The position numbers and the translations under genes are program-made. Of a DNA stretch of 64,000 nucleotides, positions 35,864 through 51,028 are shown piece by piece. Position 1 is the stretch's first letter, and every line of letters begins with the position of its first letter. Below the pieces are notes generated by a model. The model saw only the letters and a program-made list of their open reading frames with translations, searched no databases and was not told the DNA's origin. The DNA is from the human T2T-CHM13v2.0 reference genome, Homo sapiens. The stretch is taken from the NCBI RefSeq assembly GCF_009914755.1, contig NC_060937.1; one strand, given 5' to 3'.

Positions 35864-36499
35864 AATTTGTGATCTTTTATGCATTGTTTCTTTCATGTAG
35901 CATGTTTTCAAGGTTTATCCAACTTGCAGTGTATTAATGCTGAATAATATTTCATTGTGTAGACATACTGTATTTTTATTTTTAAAATTTTGTTTATTTT
36001 TCATTGGTACACAATAAATATTTGTACATATTTATGGGGAACAGATATGTTGTTACATGCATAGAATGTGTGATGATCAATCAGGGTGTTAAAGGTATCT
36101 GTCACTTTGAGTATTTGCCATTTCTATATGTTAGGAACATTTCAAGTCCTCTCTTATAGCTATTTTGAAACACACAATACATTGTTGCTAACTGTAGTCA
36201 CCCTACTCTGCTATAGAACATTCAAACTTATTCCTTCTGTCTAACTGTATTAACCAACCACCACTTTTCCCTGCCAACCCTCACATGCTTCCCAGCCTCT
36301 GGTATCTTATCTATCCACCATCAACTTTCTTAGCTCCTACATATGTGATAACATGCAATATTTGTCTCTCTGTGCCTGGCTTACTTCACATAACAATGAC
36401 TTCCAGTTCCATCCATGTTGCTGCACACGACATGATTTTATTCTTTTTTATGGCTGAATAGTACTTGAAAAAAAAAAAATATATATATATATATATATC

Positions 36500-36868
36500 A
36501 CATTTTCTTTCCTTCTTTCTTTCTTTCTTTCTCTTTGTCTGTCTGTCTTTCTTTCTTTCTTTCCTTTTTTTCTTTTTTGAGACAGAGTCTTGCCCTGTTG
36601 GCCAGGCTGGAGTGCAGTGGTGCAATCTTGGCTCACTGCAACCTCCACCTCCCGGGTGCAAGCAATTCTCTGCCTCAGCCTCCTGAGTAATCCCGAGTAG
36701 CTGGGATTACAGGCATCCGCCACCATGCCTGGCTAATTTTTGTATTTTTAGTAGAGACAGGGTTTCACCATCTTGGGCAGGCTGCTCTTGAACTCCTGAC
36801 CTCGTGATCCACCTGCCTTGGCCTCCCAAAGTGCTGGGATTACAGGCCTGAGCCACCGTGCCCAGCCC
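36500..36868 (-). mobile_element. AluS with (TTTC)n tail
   Basis: Alu reverse complement; TSD CACATTTTCTTT. Confidence 0.9.
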
Positions 36869-37258
36869 ACATTTTCTTTATTCATTTGTTTGTTGATGGA
36901 CACTTAGGTTGATTCTATATTTTTGCTATTGTGAATGGTGCTGCAGTAAACATGGAAGTACAGGTATCATCTCTTTGATGTACTGGTTTTGTTTCGTTTG
37001 TATAAACACCCAGTAGTGGCATTGCTGGATTGTGTGGTAGTTCTATTTTCAGTTTCCTGAGAAATCTCCATACTGTTTTCCACAGTGATTATACTAATTT
37101 ACATTCTTACTCAGCAGTGTAAAAGAGTTCCCCTTTCTCCACATCCTCACCCACATCCATTATTATTTTGTCTTTTTAATCATAGCCATTCTCACTGGGT
37201 GAAAATGATAGCTCATTGTGGTTTTAATTTGCATTTCCTTTATGATTAGTGAGATTGA

Positions 37259-37640
<382 letters not shown>

Positions 37641-38731
37641 TCTTTTTACTGTTTTTGACTTAAAGTCTGTTTTATCTGATATAAGTATAGCTACTCCTGA
37701 TCACTTTTGGTTTCCCTTTGCACAGAATATCTTTTTCCACTCCTTTCCTTTCAGTCTATATGTCTCCACAGGTGAGGTGAGTTTCTTGTAGGCAGCATAT
37801 ATTTGGGTCATTTTTATTTTTAAAATCCATTCAGCCTGTCTATATCTTTTCAGTGGAAAGTTTAATCCATTTACATTGAAGACTATTTTTGATATGTGAG
37901 GGTTATTCCTGTCATTTTATTAATTGATTTCTGTTGCTTTATTTGTCCTTTGTCTCTTTCTTTCTCTCTTATTGTTTATCACTGTGGATTGGTGGTTTTC
38001 TTTAGTGAAAACCTTTGAATTGTTTTTCTTATTTGTGTGCTTGCTCTACCAGTGGGTTTTATACTTTCCTGTGTTTCCATGATGGTAGATACCATCCTTT
38101 TGCTTCTGGGTATAAGACTCCCTTACATATTTCTTATATAGCTGGTCTAGTGGTGATGAATTCCCTCAGCTTTTGCTTGTCTGGGCAAGACATTATTTCA
38201 CCTTCATTTATGAAAGATAACTTTTCTGGATGTAGTTTCCTTGGCTGATGGTTTTTTTCTTTCTGAACTTAGAATATATCATGCCATTCTTTCTTGGCCT
38301 GTAAGGCTTATGCTGAGAAATCAACTGTTAGTCTGATAGGAGTTCCCTTATTTTCTCCTGCTGTTTTTAGAATTTTTCTCTGTCTTCAATTTTTGACAAT
38401 TTGATGATAATGGGCCATGGAGAAGATCTTTTTGAATTATATCTGTTTGGGGATCTGTGCGCTTCCTGTATCTGCATGTCTAAATCTCTTGCTACACTTG
38501 GAAAGTTTTGTTACTTTGTTAAATAGCTTTTCTATCCCCTTGGTTTGTTCTTTGCCTTCTGAGACACTGAAAATTCAAATGTTTGGTTGCTTTGTGGTGT
38601 CCCATGTGTCATGTAGGCTTTGTTCATTGCTTTTTTCTTTTTTTTTAATTTTTGTATGATGGGGTTATTTTAAAAGATCTGTCTTCAAGTTCTGAAATTT
38701 GTTATACTGCTTGACCTAGTCTGTTGTTGAA

Positions 38732-39035
38732 TTTTTTTTTTTTTTTTTTTTTTTGAGACAGAGTCTGTCTCTGTTGCCCAGGCTGGAGTGCAGTGGTGCC
38801 ATCTTGGCTCACTGCAACCTCTGCCTCCTGGGTTCAAGCAATTCTTATCCCTCAGCGTCCTGATTGGCTGGGATTATAGGCACACACTACCATACCCAGC
38901 TAATTTTTGTGTTTTTGTAGAGATGGGGTTTTGCCATGTTGGCCAGGCTAGTTTCGAACTCCTGATCTCAGACAATCTGCCTGCCTAAGCCTCCCAAAGT
39001 GCTGAGATTACAGGCATGAGACACCATGCCTGGCC
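38732..39035 (-). mobile_element. AluS
   Basis: Poly(T) plus Alu reverse complement. Confidence 0.9.
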
Positions 39036-40232
39036 TTTTTTTAATGTTTATTCCACATTGTGTCAGTCCTCACATGTCTCCTGGGATCCATCTGATATGT
39101 AATCTGTTGGTTTCCCAGCAGTAATAATTTCATGTAAAATCCCAAATCTGACCTGAAATATTTTCTCTTCTCATTATCTTTACATAAATATTAACCATTT
39201 TGACATACTGAGATATAATTCAGTTGGTTCATGACTATGCTAGTAGCTCCATTTTTATATATAAATAGACATGCCTAAATCCCGTTTATTTTTTTGTATA
39301 CACATTTATTTAATTTTTAACTTTTAGGTTCAAGGGTACATGTGCAGGTTTGTTATATATGTAAATTTTGTGTCATAGGGGTTTGATGTACGGATTGTTT
39401 TGTCACTCAGGTGATAAGCATAGTACCTGATAGGTAGCTTTTTGATACTCACCATCCTCCAGCCTCCAACCCTCAAGTAGGACCCAATGTCTGTTGTTCC
39501 CATATTTGTGTTCATGTGTACTCAATGTTTAACTCCCACTTATAAGTGAGAACATGTGGTATTTGGTTTCCTGTTCCTGTGTTAGTTTGCTTAGAATAAT
39601 TTTTAAGCTGGATCTGGATGGCCTCCAGCTCCATTCATATTACTGCAAAGTGCATGATCTTGTTTTTATTTTAGGGCTGCATAGTATTCCATGGTATATG
39701 TGTGCCACATTTTTTTAATTCAGTTCACCATTGATGGGCACCTAGGTCAATTCTGTGTGTTTGCTATTGTGAATAGTGCTGCGATGAACATATGCATGCA
39801 TGTGTCTTCATGGTAGAATGATATTTATATTCCTGTGGGTATATACTCAGTAATAGGATTGCTGGGTCACAGGGTAATTCTCAAGTTCTTTGAGAAATCA
39901 CCAAACTGCTTTCCATAATGGCTGAACTAATTTACATATCCACCAGTAGTGTATAAGCATTCCCTTTCCTCTGCAACTTTGCCAGCATCTATTTTTTGGC
40001 TTTTTAATAATAGCCATTCTGACTGGTATGAGATGGTATCACATTGTAGTTTTGATTTGCATTTCTCTAGGATCAGTGATGTTGAGCGCTTTTTCATGTT
40101 TGTTAGCTGTGTGTATGTCTTCTTTTGAGAAGTGTCTGTTCATGTCCTTTGCCCTTTTTTTTTTAATGACGTTTTTTGCTTGTAAATTTCTTTAAGTTCC
40201 TTATAGATTCTGGATATTAGACCTTTGTCAGA

Positions 40233-40424
40233 CTCCACCTCCTGGGTTCAAGCAATTCTCCTGCCTCAGCCTCCTGAGTAGCTAGGATTACAGGCACCTG
40301 CCACCACACCTGGCTAATTTTTGTATTTTTAGTAGCAATGGGTTTTCACCATATTGGCCAGACTGGTCTCAAACTCCTGACCTCGTGATCCACCCACCCG
40401 CCTCAGCTTCCCAAAATGCTGGGA
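40233..40424 (-). mobile_element. Internal Alu fragment lacking both ends
   Basis: Starts CTCCACCTCCTGGGTTC, ends GCTGGGAG; no poly(T), no TSD. Confidence 0.85.
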
Positions 40425-40899
40425 GTTCTTTAGGTTTCTATTAGGTCCAATTGGTCAAGTGTTGAATTTAAGTCCAGAATTTCTGTGTTAGTTTTCCGTC
40501 TTTATGATCTGTGTGATGTTATCAGTGGGGTGTTGAAGTCCCCTGACTATTGTTGTGTGGCTAAGTCTTTTCATAGGTCTAGAGGTATCTGTTTTATTAA
40601 CCTGGGTGAGCCAATGTTGGGTGCATATATATTTAGGATAGTTAAGGCTTCTTGTTGAATTGAACTCCGTATCATTATGTAATGCTCTTCTTTGTCTTTT
40701 TTTACTATTGTTGGTTTAAAGCCTGTTTTATCTGTTTTAGGAATAGTGACCCCTGCTCTTTTTTGTGTTTTGTTTGTGCGATAGATCTTTCTTCAACCCT
40801 TTACTTTGAACCTATTGGTGTTGTTACATGTGAGATGGGTCTCTTGAAGACAGCAGACAGATGGGTTTTGTTTTTTTAATCCAATTTCCACTCTGTGAC

Positions 40900-40946
<47 letters not shown>

Positions 40947-41228
40947 TTTTTTTTCAGAATCTCTCTCTGTCATCAGGCTAGAGTGCAGTGGCATGATATT
41001 GGCTCACAGCAACCTCTGACTCCTGAGTTCAAGTGCTTCTCCTGCCTCAGCCTCCTGAGTAGCTGGGATTATAGGCATGTGCCATCATGCTTGGCTAATT
41101 TTTATATTTTTAGTAGAGACAGGGTTTCTCTACATTGGCCAGGATGGTCTCGATCTCCTGACCTCGTGATCTACCCACCTTGGCCTCCCAAAATGCTGGG
41201 ATTACAGGAATAGCCACCGCACCCAGCC
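40900..41228 (-). mobile_element. AluS (Sc-like) with (TTTC)n tail
   Basis: Alu reverse complement; TSD CACTCTGTGAC. Confidence 0.9.
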
Positions 41229-43546
41229 CACTCTGTGACTTTTAAGTGGTGTGTTTACATTCAAGGTTACTATTGACATGTGAGCTTTTCACCCTATCAT
41301 GAAATTGTTAGCTGGTTTTTTTGTAATTTCTATTGTGTGGTTGTTTTATAGGGTCTGTGAGCTATGTACTTAAGTGTGTTTTTATGATAGCAGGTATCAT
41401 TCTTTCATTTCCATGTTTAGAACTCCCTTAGGCATCTTTTGTAAGACTGGTCTAGTGGTAATGAACTCTCTTGGCATTTGCTTCTCTAGAAAAATGTTTT
41501 TATTTCTCCTTCACTCATGAAGCTTAGTTCGGCAGGATATGAATCTTTTGATTATAATTTATTTTCTTCAAGAATTCTGAAAATAGATACCTCAATCTCT
41601 GCTGGCTTGTAAGGTTTCTGCTGAGAAGTCTGCTGTTATCCTGATGGGGCTACCTTTGTATGTGATCTGGCCTTTTTCTCCAGTGCCTTTAGGGCTTTTT
41701 CTTTGACAGTGACCTTGGACAGTCTGGTGAGTATATGCCTTGGTAATGTTCATTTTTTATAGTATCTCACAGGTGCTGTCTGGCTTTACTGTACTTAGAT
41801 GTCTATCTAGCAAGATTCAAGAAATTTTCTTGAATTATTCCATCAAATATGTTTTCCAGGCTGTTTTCTTTTTCTCTTTCTCTCTAGGGCATGCCAGTAA
41901 TTCGTAGGTTTGATCACTTTACATAATCTCATATTTCTGACTTTCTTCACTTTTAAAAAATCTTTTTTCTTTATCTTTGTCTGACTGGATTAGTTCAAAA
42001 GACCAGTCTTCAAGCTCTGAAATTATGTTTTCTACTTTGTCCAGTCTATTGATAAAGCTTTCAGTTGTATTTTGAAATTCCTTAAGTGAGTTTTTTTAAT
42101 TCTAGAAGTTCTGATTGATTTCTTATTAAGATGTTTATCTCTTCCTTCATTTCCCGGATTGATGTAGAAGTTTCTTTTTGTTGATTTCAACCTTGAATCT
42201 CATTGAGCTTCCTTGCAACCCAAGTTTTGAAATGTTTATTGTTATCTCTGAGTTTTCATTTTGGTACGAAGCATTGCCAGAGAGCTAGTGTGATCCTTTG
42301 GTAGTGTCACTACATTCAGATTTCTCATGGTGCTAGAATTCTTGTGTGGGTCCTTCTCATCTGGAGATGCTAGCACTTCTAATTTGTGTAATTATTTTTG
42401 TTTGGGTAGGATTTTTTCTTTTTCTTTCCTTTTCTATAATATTATTGTTATTTTTTTCTTCTTTCCCTTTCCCTCCTCCCTAGGGGTGTGGCTGTAGAGC
42501 ATGCTGGGTAGGGTCTTTTGGCTTTGCTTCTGTAGCCCTAATGCACTTCTGCCAGCAGGTTTTATATTGGGTGTGTGGTTTGACCTACAAGCCAGTAGAT
42601 GGCGCCATGGGTAAGAGCTGGCTGTTGCCAGTGCTGCTGGCTGTGTACTTGATCCTTGTTTATTGGGAGGAGCTCTCTCCTGCCCCAGGCAAAGGGCTGA
42701 TTTCCTGAGTACACATTAATCTGAGCTCCCTCAGCCCTAGGGGTAGGGGGATTGGGGGCACAAGATGGGTGGAGCCAGATAGGGAAGATTCCCCCAGTGT
42801 TGTCCTGCTCCCAGTCCAGGTTTGGGACAATGCCGGCAGCGTTTCCCTGTGTCTTTCCCCCACAAAGTCTCCAAGTCTCTCCTCAAATGAGCTCCAAGGC
42901 TTGGGAGAAACAATCTCTTCCTCTGCCCGGGTTGCGTGGATCTCCAGTGGAAAGGTGAGACAGAGGGATGCTGTCTGCCTCTCTCACTTACTGAGGCTTC
43001 ACTCACTTCTATCAGTCGAATGCTGTCCTGAGGGCTGCTTGCCTGCAATGTCCTCCGCAAGATCTGGGATGTCCTTCATAATTCCGGGGAATTGCCATTT
43101 CCTTTCTTGAATTAAAGCTCACAGAGTTGGTCTTTATGTACTTGCTTGCTATTTCCAAATGACTGAGGCATGCTAAAAGCCTGTAATCTGCCATCTTGGA
43201 AAAAACATCCTTGCATCCTTAAGAGAAATGGCACTTGGTGTTGATACATGGTGTTTCTACATTGCTGAATTCACTTTGAAAATATATGTATATTTTAAAA
43301 TCTACATTTATATGTGAGACTGGTGTAAAAATATCTTTTATTCTACTGTATTTGTGCAATTTTGGAATCAGTTATATTAATATACTAAATGAGTTGGCAA
43401 TTTTTCTTTTTTACTATTATCCAAAAAAATTATAAAAGACATAATTGTTGCTTTCTTATAGATTTAGTAAAAACCTCATCGTGTCCTTTTGTGGAGCGAT
43501 GGTGAGAGATATTTTTACTGTAAATGTAACTTGCGTATTTTTCACC

Positions 43547-43640
43547 TGTGAGGCAGAGGTTGCAATGAGCCAAGATTGTGCCACTGCACTCCAGCCTGCG
43601 TGACACAGCAAGACCCTGTCTCAAAAAAAAGAAAGAAAAT
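43547..43640 (+). mobile_element. Alu 3' fragment
   Basis: GAGGCAGAGGTTGCAATGAGCC...GTCTCAAAAAAAA. Confidence 0.85.
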
Positions 43641-44899
43641 CAACTTAAAATGCACTCCTTGAATATTTCTGAGTGTATTTTTATACCACGTATGTTCCTT
43701 GAACTAACTTCTTTTCTTTTCTAGGAAGAACCGGAACTATGATTTGTGCCTTCCTTATTGCCTCCGAAATATTTTTAACTGCAGAGGTATGAAAGATGTT
43801 CTACAAACTTTGTCTTATGATGATTGAGTTTGCTAGTTCTGAAACATCACTGGTAGGACGTTAAGGTGTTATTTGAGTCATGGTGCTTAGTAAAATTGTA
43901 ATTAGAGAAGCAGTTTTTAGAAAGTCTGTTTTTGATACTTTCTTGTTTAACGTGCACTAGTTAGTAGCTGACCTCAGAATCTCTTTGGGCAAGGACTAGA
44001 GTGAGGTCAATGAGGTGCAACATTTAAGGGAATGCTAAAAATTGTAATAATTAAAATAAATAATTTTAACACAATATTTTAATAAAAATTAATGTAAAAA
44101 AATCTATGATGTATACAATATCAACATTTTAAATAAAGACAAGACCTGATGGGGCAGGATTAAGGTGCGGGGTGTAAAGCCATGTTACACAGAAAAAAAC
44201 ATTCAGTAATCAAGATGCTTCCCTCACTTCACCTGGCTCTGCTCTTACTCCTGCCAGTACCATGTCTTCTTCCTTCCTCGTGAGAATAGTATCAAGCTTA
44301 ATTAGATAAATTCTCCAAAGAGCCTTGCCCATCCTCACAACTCTTAGGTAGATAAAAAGCAACATTTCACAACTCAAAACAAAGCCTCTCCTGAATGTAA
44401 GTATCTTTGCTTAGTCAATACATGTGGAGTCTGTGACCTCTAGAAATTTCTGATAAGACAAGGTGGGCTGTTTCCACTTAAAGCAGAGTTCTCAGTCATT
44501 TTTCTTTCTGCCATTTTCTTGCTGAGATGCTACCATTTCCAGCAGCTCTGCTCGAGTTGTTTGGCCTGCAGTCTAGGGAAGAGGTGGTGGTTGTGCACAA
44601 TGCCCAGCACTCCCATTCCACCACCTTTGCTTTCTCTGATTTGAGATACACAGATTTTGAAAATGGGTGTTCTAGGATGGTGTTTTTCAAGCTATGGATC
44701 ATGATTTATCAGTGAGTTGTAAAATAAAGTTACTGGGTTGTAACTGACATCTTTTAAAAATAAAATGGAATAGAGCAGAATAGAAAATATCAAAAGGTTT
44801 AAATATTGGGGTGTGTGTGTGTGTGTGTCTCCTAGGTTTATTAATGTGGATTGCAGCTTAAAAAACAAAAGGTTTGAAAGTCATTGACAGCCATTGATC

Positions 44900-45080
44900 C
44901 AGAGCCCTAGACTGAGATCCAGGGACCTGTATCTGCTGTGCTGCTGCTTCTAACTGGCTGCAGCATCTCCTTGGCAGGTTGCTTGGTTTTCTTTTGGTCT
45001 CAGTGTTGTCATTTGTAATATGGAAAGAAGGGTTGGACCAGATGCTTTCTAAGGTCTTTCCAGCTCTAAAATTTTATGAA
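44900..45080. mobile_element. MIR fragment
   Basis: TCTCAGTGTTGTCATTTGTAATATGG...TCTAAGGTCTTTCCAGCTCTAAAATT. Confidence 0.6.
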
Positions 45081-45146
45081 TGTATGAATCCTTGAATGAG
45101 AGAAGTCCTAATTTTGTTATTTTCACTAACCTCTGCCCAAAGATCA

Positions 45147-45460
<314 letters not shown>

Positions 45461-46081
45461 CACTGACTTTAGGAAAGAAGGTGGGTGTAGAAACCCTAAG
45501 GGTACCTAATATAGGAAAGGAAAGAGTGCAGATGAACCATGGTTGGATTGTACCCTTTTTTGCAGGAAAGCCTGTATTATTTTGGAGAAAGGCGAACAGA
45601 TAAAACGCACAGCAGTAAATTTCAGGGACTAGAAACTCCTTCTCAGGTAAGTTTTCTTTTTAAAAATGGGAGGTTTTTTTAGGGGAGTGGGTTAAGATTG
45701 CCAGCTGTTATTTGGTTTCATTTTAGACTCTTCTCCTTTGGTGATCAGGCAGCAGCAGTTGGGTGCCCTGCAACAGGCCTTGGTCCCTCCCTGAGTCTGA
45801 GGGTCACGCTTTAGGTGCTGCCCACATGCTGGGGACTCTGGCTTCTCCTCAGAGAATCCTGCTTTCTATTCTATACTGGTTATTGTTTATGGAGCTCAGG
45901 AGTTGATTATTTTCCCAAAGTAGGAAGGTCCAGTACCCAAGGCTCCAGGACTCTGAAGTGTGTCTAAAATCACCAGCCTTTGATTTCAATGTAAAAAAGA
46001 TCCAAGTCTTTCACAAACCCTTACTTGGGCAATTCAACCCTTGCAAAACATCACAAAGAACTGTTTTTGGATGACTCATGG

Positions 46082-46083
<2 letters not shown>

Positions 46084-46122
<39 letters not shown>
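46084..46122. repeat. (GT)n microsatellite
   Basis: GT run. Confidence 0.95.
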
Positions 46123-46125
<3 letters not shown>

Positions 46126-48328
46126 TTTCTGTGTGTTGTGGGGGAGGTGTATTTTAAAAGAGAAAATAAAAGGAGAAATAAACTTTTCAAAACCCCTTCT
46201 GTATACCAGACAGTATTGCACTTTTACGTATCTCATTTAATACCCATAACACCTATATGAAATATACACTGTTACTCTGTTTTTTCTTTTAGAAACATTT
46301 TGTTATGGAAAATTTTAATCATATACAAAAGTCCAGAGCATCATACAATATATCCACATATAGTCGTCACATTGCTGCAACAGTCATTTCAGCCGGCAGC
46401 CAGCCACATTTCATCCGTTCTTTCCCACTCCACTCACACCCCTCAACCCCACTCTCCACTCTTGCTTTCCCTAAATCTGAGTTATTTTAAAGGAAATTTC
46501 AGTCGTCAGATCATTTTATCCCATAGCATTTTAGTATGACATTTAAGTACTCTTAAAACAACAACAAAAAACCTTAACACTTTTTATCATATCTAAAAAT
46601 ATTATACCTTAAAAATCCTTCATATCAAATTTGTAGTCCATGTTTGTTTCCAGAATTGTCTTAAAATCTTTGAAAATTTAGTTTGTTTAATCAGAATTCA
46701 AACAAAGTCCACACATTTCATTTGGTTGCTGTGTCTCCTAAGTCTCTTTTAAGAATCTAAGTTCATAGATTTCTCACCATTTTTTATTACTTGTAATTTG
46801 TTTATTGCAGAAACCAGGATGTTTATCCTATAGCATTTACAACATTCTAGACTTTGCTGAACTATTCTAATATTCACTATCTCATTTAATATTCTCAATA
46901 ACTCTATGAGTAGGCACTACTGTCATTCTCATCTTATAAATTAGAAAATTGAGGTTCAGAGAAAGTAACTTTTGAACCAAGGACTGAAATCTAGATGTCA
47001 GTCTCTGAAGCCCTTTTTGTGCACAGCTTCTCATTTATATTGCCTTTTCTATATTGCCCCTGAAACTGAAGTGAGAGTGGGTTGGGAATTCCGAAATGGA
47101 TTTGGATGTGGCTGTAAATGAGTTTTTCTTTAAGTGGTGGGAGCTGAGTAAGTACTCTTGGCCCCGTTAGAAGAACACTCTAACTACCGGCCCTAAACCT
47201 TTAGTTTGGGCCAGAAGAACTCAGCCTTATCCACTGATACTTTTCTCCCACACCCAAGCCCAAAACAAAACAAAACAAAACAAAGATATTCATAGACCCT
47301 AAGCTAAAAGTGATAGGTGAATTTACTGAAGTGCAGCCCTAATCATGCCATTTCCATGCTCAAAATCCATACTATGTCCCCACTGCCAATGGCAATAAAC
47401 TAAACGTTTCAACCTGGCACTCAAGAGCCACACTTTGACTTTTCCAACCTTCTCTTCCACTATGTGCATGCACACATCCCATACTCCAACACATTTAGAC
47501 TGTGTGCTCTTTCCCAGCCTATGGACACTTGATACCCTCATGCCGTTGCTCATGCCCCCTTTTCCTAGAGTCCCTTTCCCTTCTCAGCCTGAAGTAGTCT
47601 CTTGCTTTTTCAATTCTTAGAGCCCTTTGTGTTTCTTTTAGAGACTACATCACTTTGCATCATTCTCTAGTTATTTGAAGTGGTGACTTCTGTATCCCCT
47701 TTAAAGGCAAAGCCCATGGCTTACCCATCTTTCCACCCTTTTCTCGTAATATCTTGTTGTTTGTAGTGAGTGCCTCCTATGTGTTGGTTGTATTAATTTC
47801 TACTACAAGTCCATGTTGTTTTAAGTTGTAGGAGAAGGAAGCGTGGGAGCACAAGCAGCTTGAGGGCCCTGGTGTTTTACAGCCCTTAGGGAAAGGTGGA
47901 GAATCTAGTGGCAGAAGCTAAGGGGATGCTAGGTGGAGCTCCTTCAACAACTCTCCCCACACATCTCCTCATCCCCATTTCTTCTGCAGTCATGCATAGT
48001 TTCCCTAACTTTAGTCCAGAACTAGCACATCAAAGCTGCAACTGAATCTCTTCTGATTCACTGAAAAAGCAACAAAGGGATTCAGCTGCACGTTTGAGAG
48101 CTGTTGGCAAGACCTCAGGACAGAGTGCCCTCTGTGTCTGGTGGTGATTCTCAGACACCATCACATTCTGATCCTGCATTGTTAGCCATTCTACTGACTA
48201 CATCTACTCCTAAGTTAAGGACTTTCTTGAGCCTATCTCATGACTGGCCCTTTCTGAAGGGAAGTATGGCAGCTAGTTACTTTAATGAGCATTTCCCAAT
48301 GGGTAAGGAACAGTCTGTGAACCTATGA

Positions 48329-48668
<340 letters not shown>

Positions 48669-50650
48669 TGAGTACCAGAGCTCTTCAATACCTTGAAGAA
48701 AGATTCAGGGGAGAGCCGTTGTGAACAGCTTGCCCCAGGGAAAGGACAAGGCTGAGAGAATTCCAGGGCTTCCTTGAGAAAACAGAATTGAGGAAATGCA
48801 AAGTGAAGAATTCTAGCATCAGGAACAAGAGAAGAATGATGGAAAACCTGCTACTGAGGTATGGAGGTATTCCTCTGGAGTTTTCACTTATACCATTCTC
48901 TCATGCCCAGGAAGCTGCTCTTCACCAAACCACAAGCCTTCCTCTAACTCAGTCACAACTAAGCTTCTATCTGGACACTGATGATGCTGTAACTGTTTTG
49001 TTGTGCTTCTGATTAGTTGCCCTCTCAACCATAAGCAGCCTATAAACAGGGCCTGGCTCCATCCTTGTTACTTCCCCATTGCACTGAATTCAGTATTTTT
49101 CCCTCAAGGTAGATAGTTGTGGGGCAGCATCCCTAAAAATGTCCAGTTATATAATGGCATCCAGTAAATGTTTTCTTAATTACTTACCTCCATTAACAAG
49201 CTTTATGCAAAAAAAAAAAAAAAAAAGGAATGCTGACTTTAGACTTCATCTCCACTTAAAGGAAGATTTCTGTTGCTTTTCACAATAGATATGTTGGATA
49301 TTTTGCACAAGTGAAACATCTCTACAACTGGAATCTCCCTCCAAGACGGATACTCTTTATAATAAGATTCATTATTTATTCGATTCGTGGTAAGTGCTTT
49401 ATGTGTAATTGAAGAATTGGGCAGGAGGGCCAATGTCCCCACTCTGGGAGAGTTTTGCTCATAGTTATATATACAGATGAGCCTAACTCATACCTGTCTT
49501 TTTACATATTGTCACACAGGAACTCCTCCTTATTTATGCCCCTCCTCCTGCAATTGCCCATTGATTGCCAGCCCTGAGATGTTCTTCACTTTTTCTTTTC
49601 CATCACCAACTTGGGGGACTTCATCCCCTTCCCATCTCTCCTGTTCTCATTGCTCCTCCGGTCTCAACCCAGGTGGACTTTTCCGGGCAGAGGGAGCCTC
49701 TGATGAGGGAGGAGGAGGACCCATGTGCCCTCAAGCCTGCTTATTTCTCAGAACCACCTCTAGTTCAGAGTTTGCCTTGGTGGAGGTGTCTCCGTATCGT
49801 ATCATTTTCTCACCTTCTTTTAGAGGCATTTTTTTTTCTCATCACCCTGGGCTCTCCCTTTCCCCTCTCTCCTCCATCTGTAACCCTCTCACTCCCAGCT
49901 TACACTCAGGGGAGGCGGGAAAGCAGGATGTGTCTGTGTGGAAGGAATGGGGACTCACCACTCCCACTGCCAGAGAGGTAGCAGGGAGGTGATGCTTCGG
50001 AACCCCTAAAGCAAACCTCTTCTAGCAGCCAGCTTGTGGACCTGAGATGGTGCCAGTGCTGGGTGCTATAGGTGCCATGGGGCCAGGATGCTGGTGTCCA
50101 CACAGACAGCGTAGTATTTTTAGCCTTCTGAGTTTAGTTCTACATTTCACTGATTTCTGGTAGACATCAATAGAAGGAAGTTCTGCACCTGGAATGGGAA
50201 AGAGGGAACTGAGGCAAGAAACTGTGATTTCTAATGACAAATGAATATCATGGTGTTAGTGAAAACAAAATTAAATGAAAAGAAAACAAACAGCATATGA
50301 GATGAGCAATCAAAGATAATACACTTGTTTATTAAAATATTTGTTTTAATTTTCTACCTTTAGTTTTGTACATATTTGAATTAAAATTAACGTAGAGTTG
50401 AGAGAAAAGCAATAAAAAAATTAATTGGCTGAGAAACCAAGTCTTTGAGGAAATGCTGAGGGAAGTGGGTCATTTGAATTGAAAAAAAAGGAACAAAAGA
50501 GCCTTTGTCTATAAATATATACTGAACACCACGGGAATTTTTGGATATAAAAATCCTATATTTTTATAGAGATTGCCTCAGGAACTGGCCTTAAAGTAGG
50601 GCCAAAGTAGTTAAACTCCAGTATTTATTATTAAGAATCATTATGATTAG

Positions 50651-51028
<378 letters not shown>

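Larger units (their letters stand above)
39310..43200 (-). mobile_element. Older L1P element (3'UTR, internal ORF2 deletion, ORF1, 5'UTR)
   Basis: L1PA13-16/L1PB-type 3' end at 39310, ORF2 C-term to 40231, EN/ORF1 region from 40425, terminal GCCATCTTGG (YY1) at about 43190. Confidence 0.75.

Noticed and set aside
49477-49992. 171-aa ATG-initiated intronic ORF
   Set aside because: Ser/Pro-rich translation of pyrimidine-rich intron with no recognisable homology or splice support.
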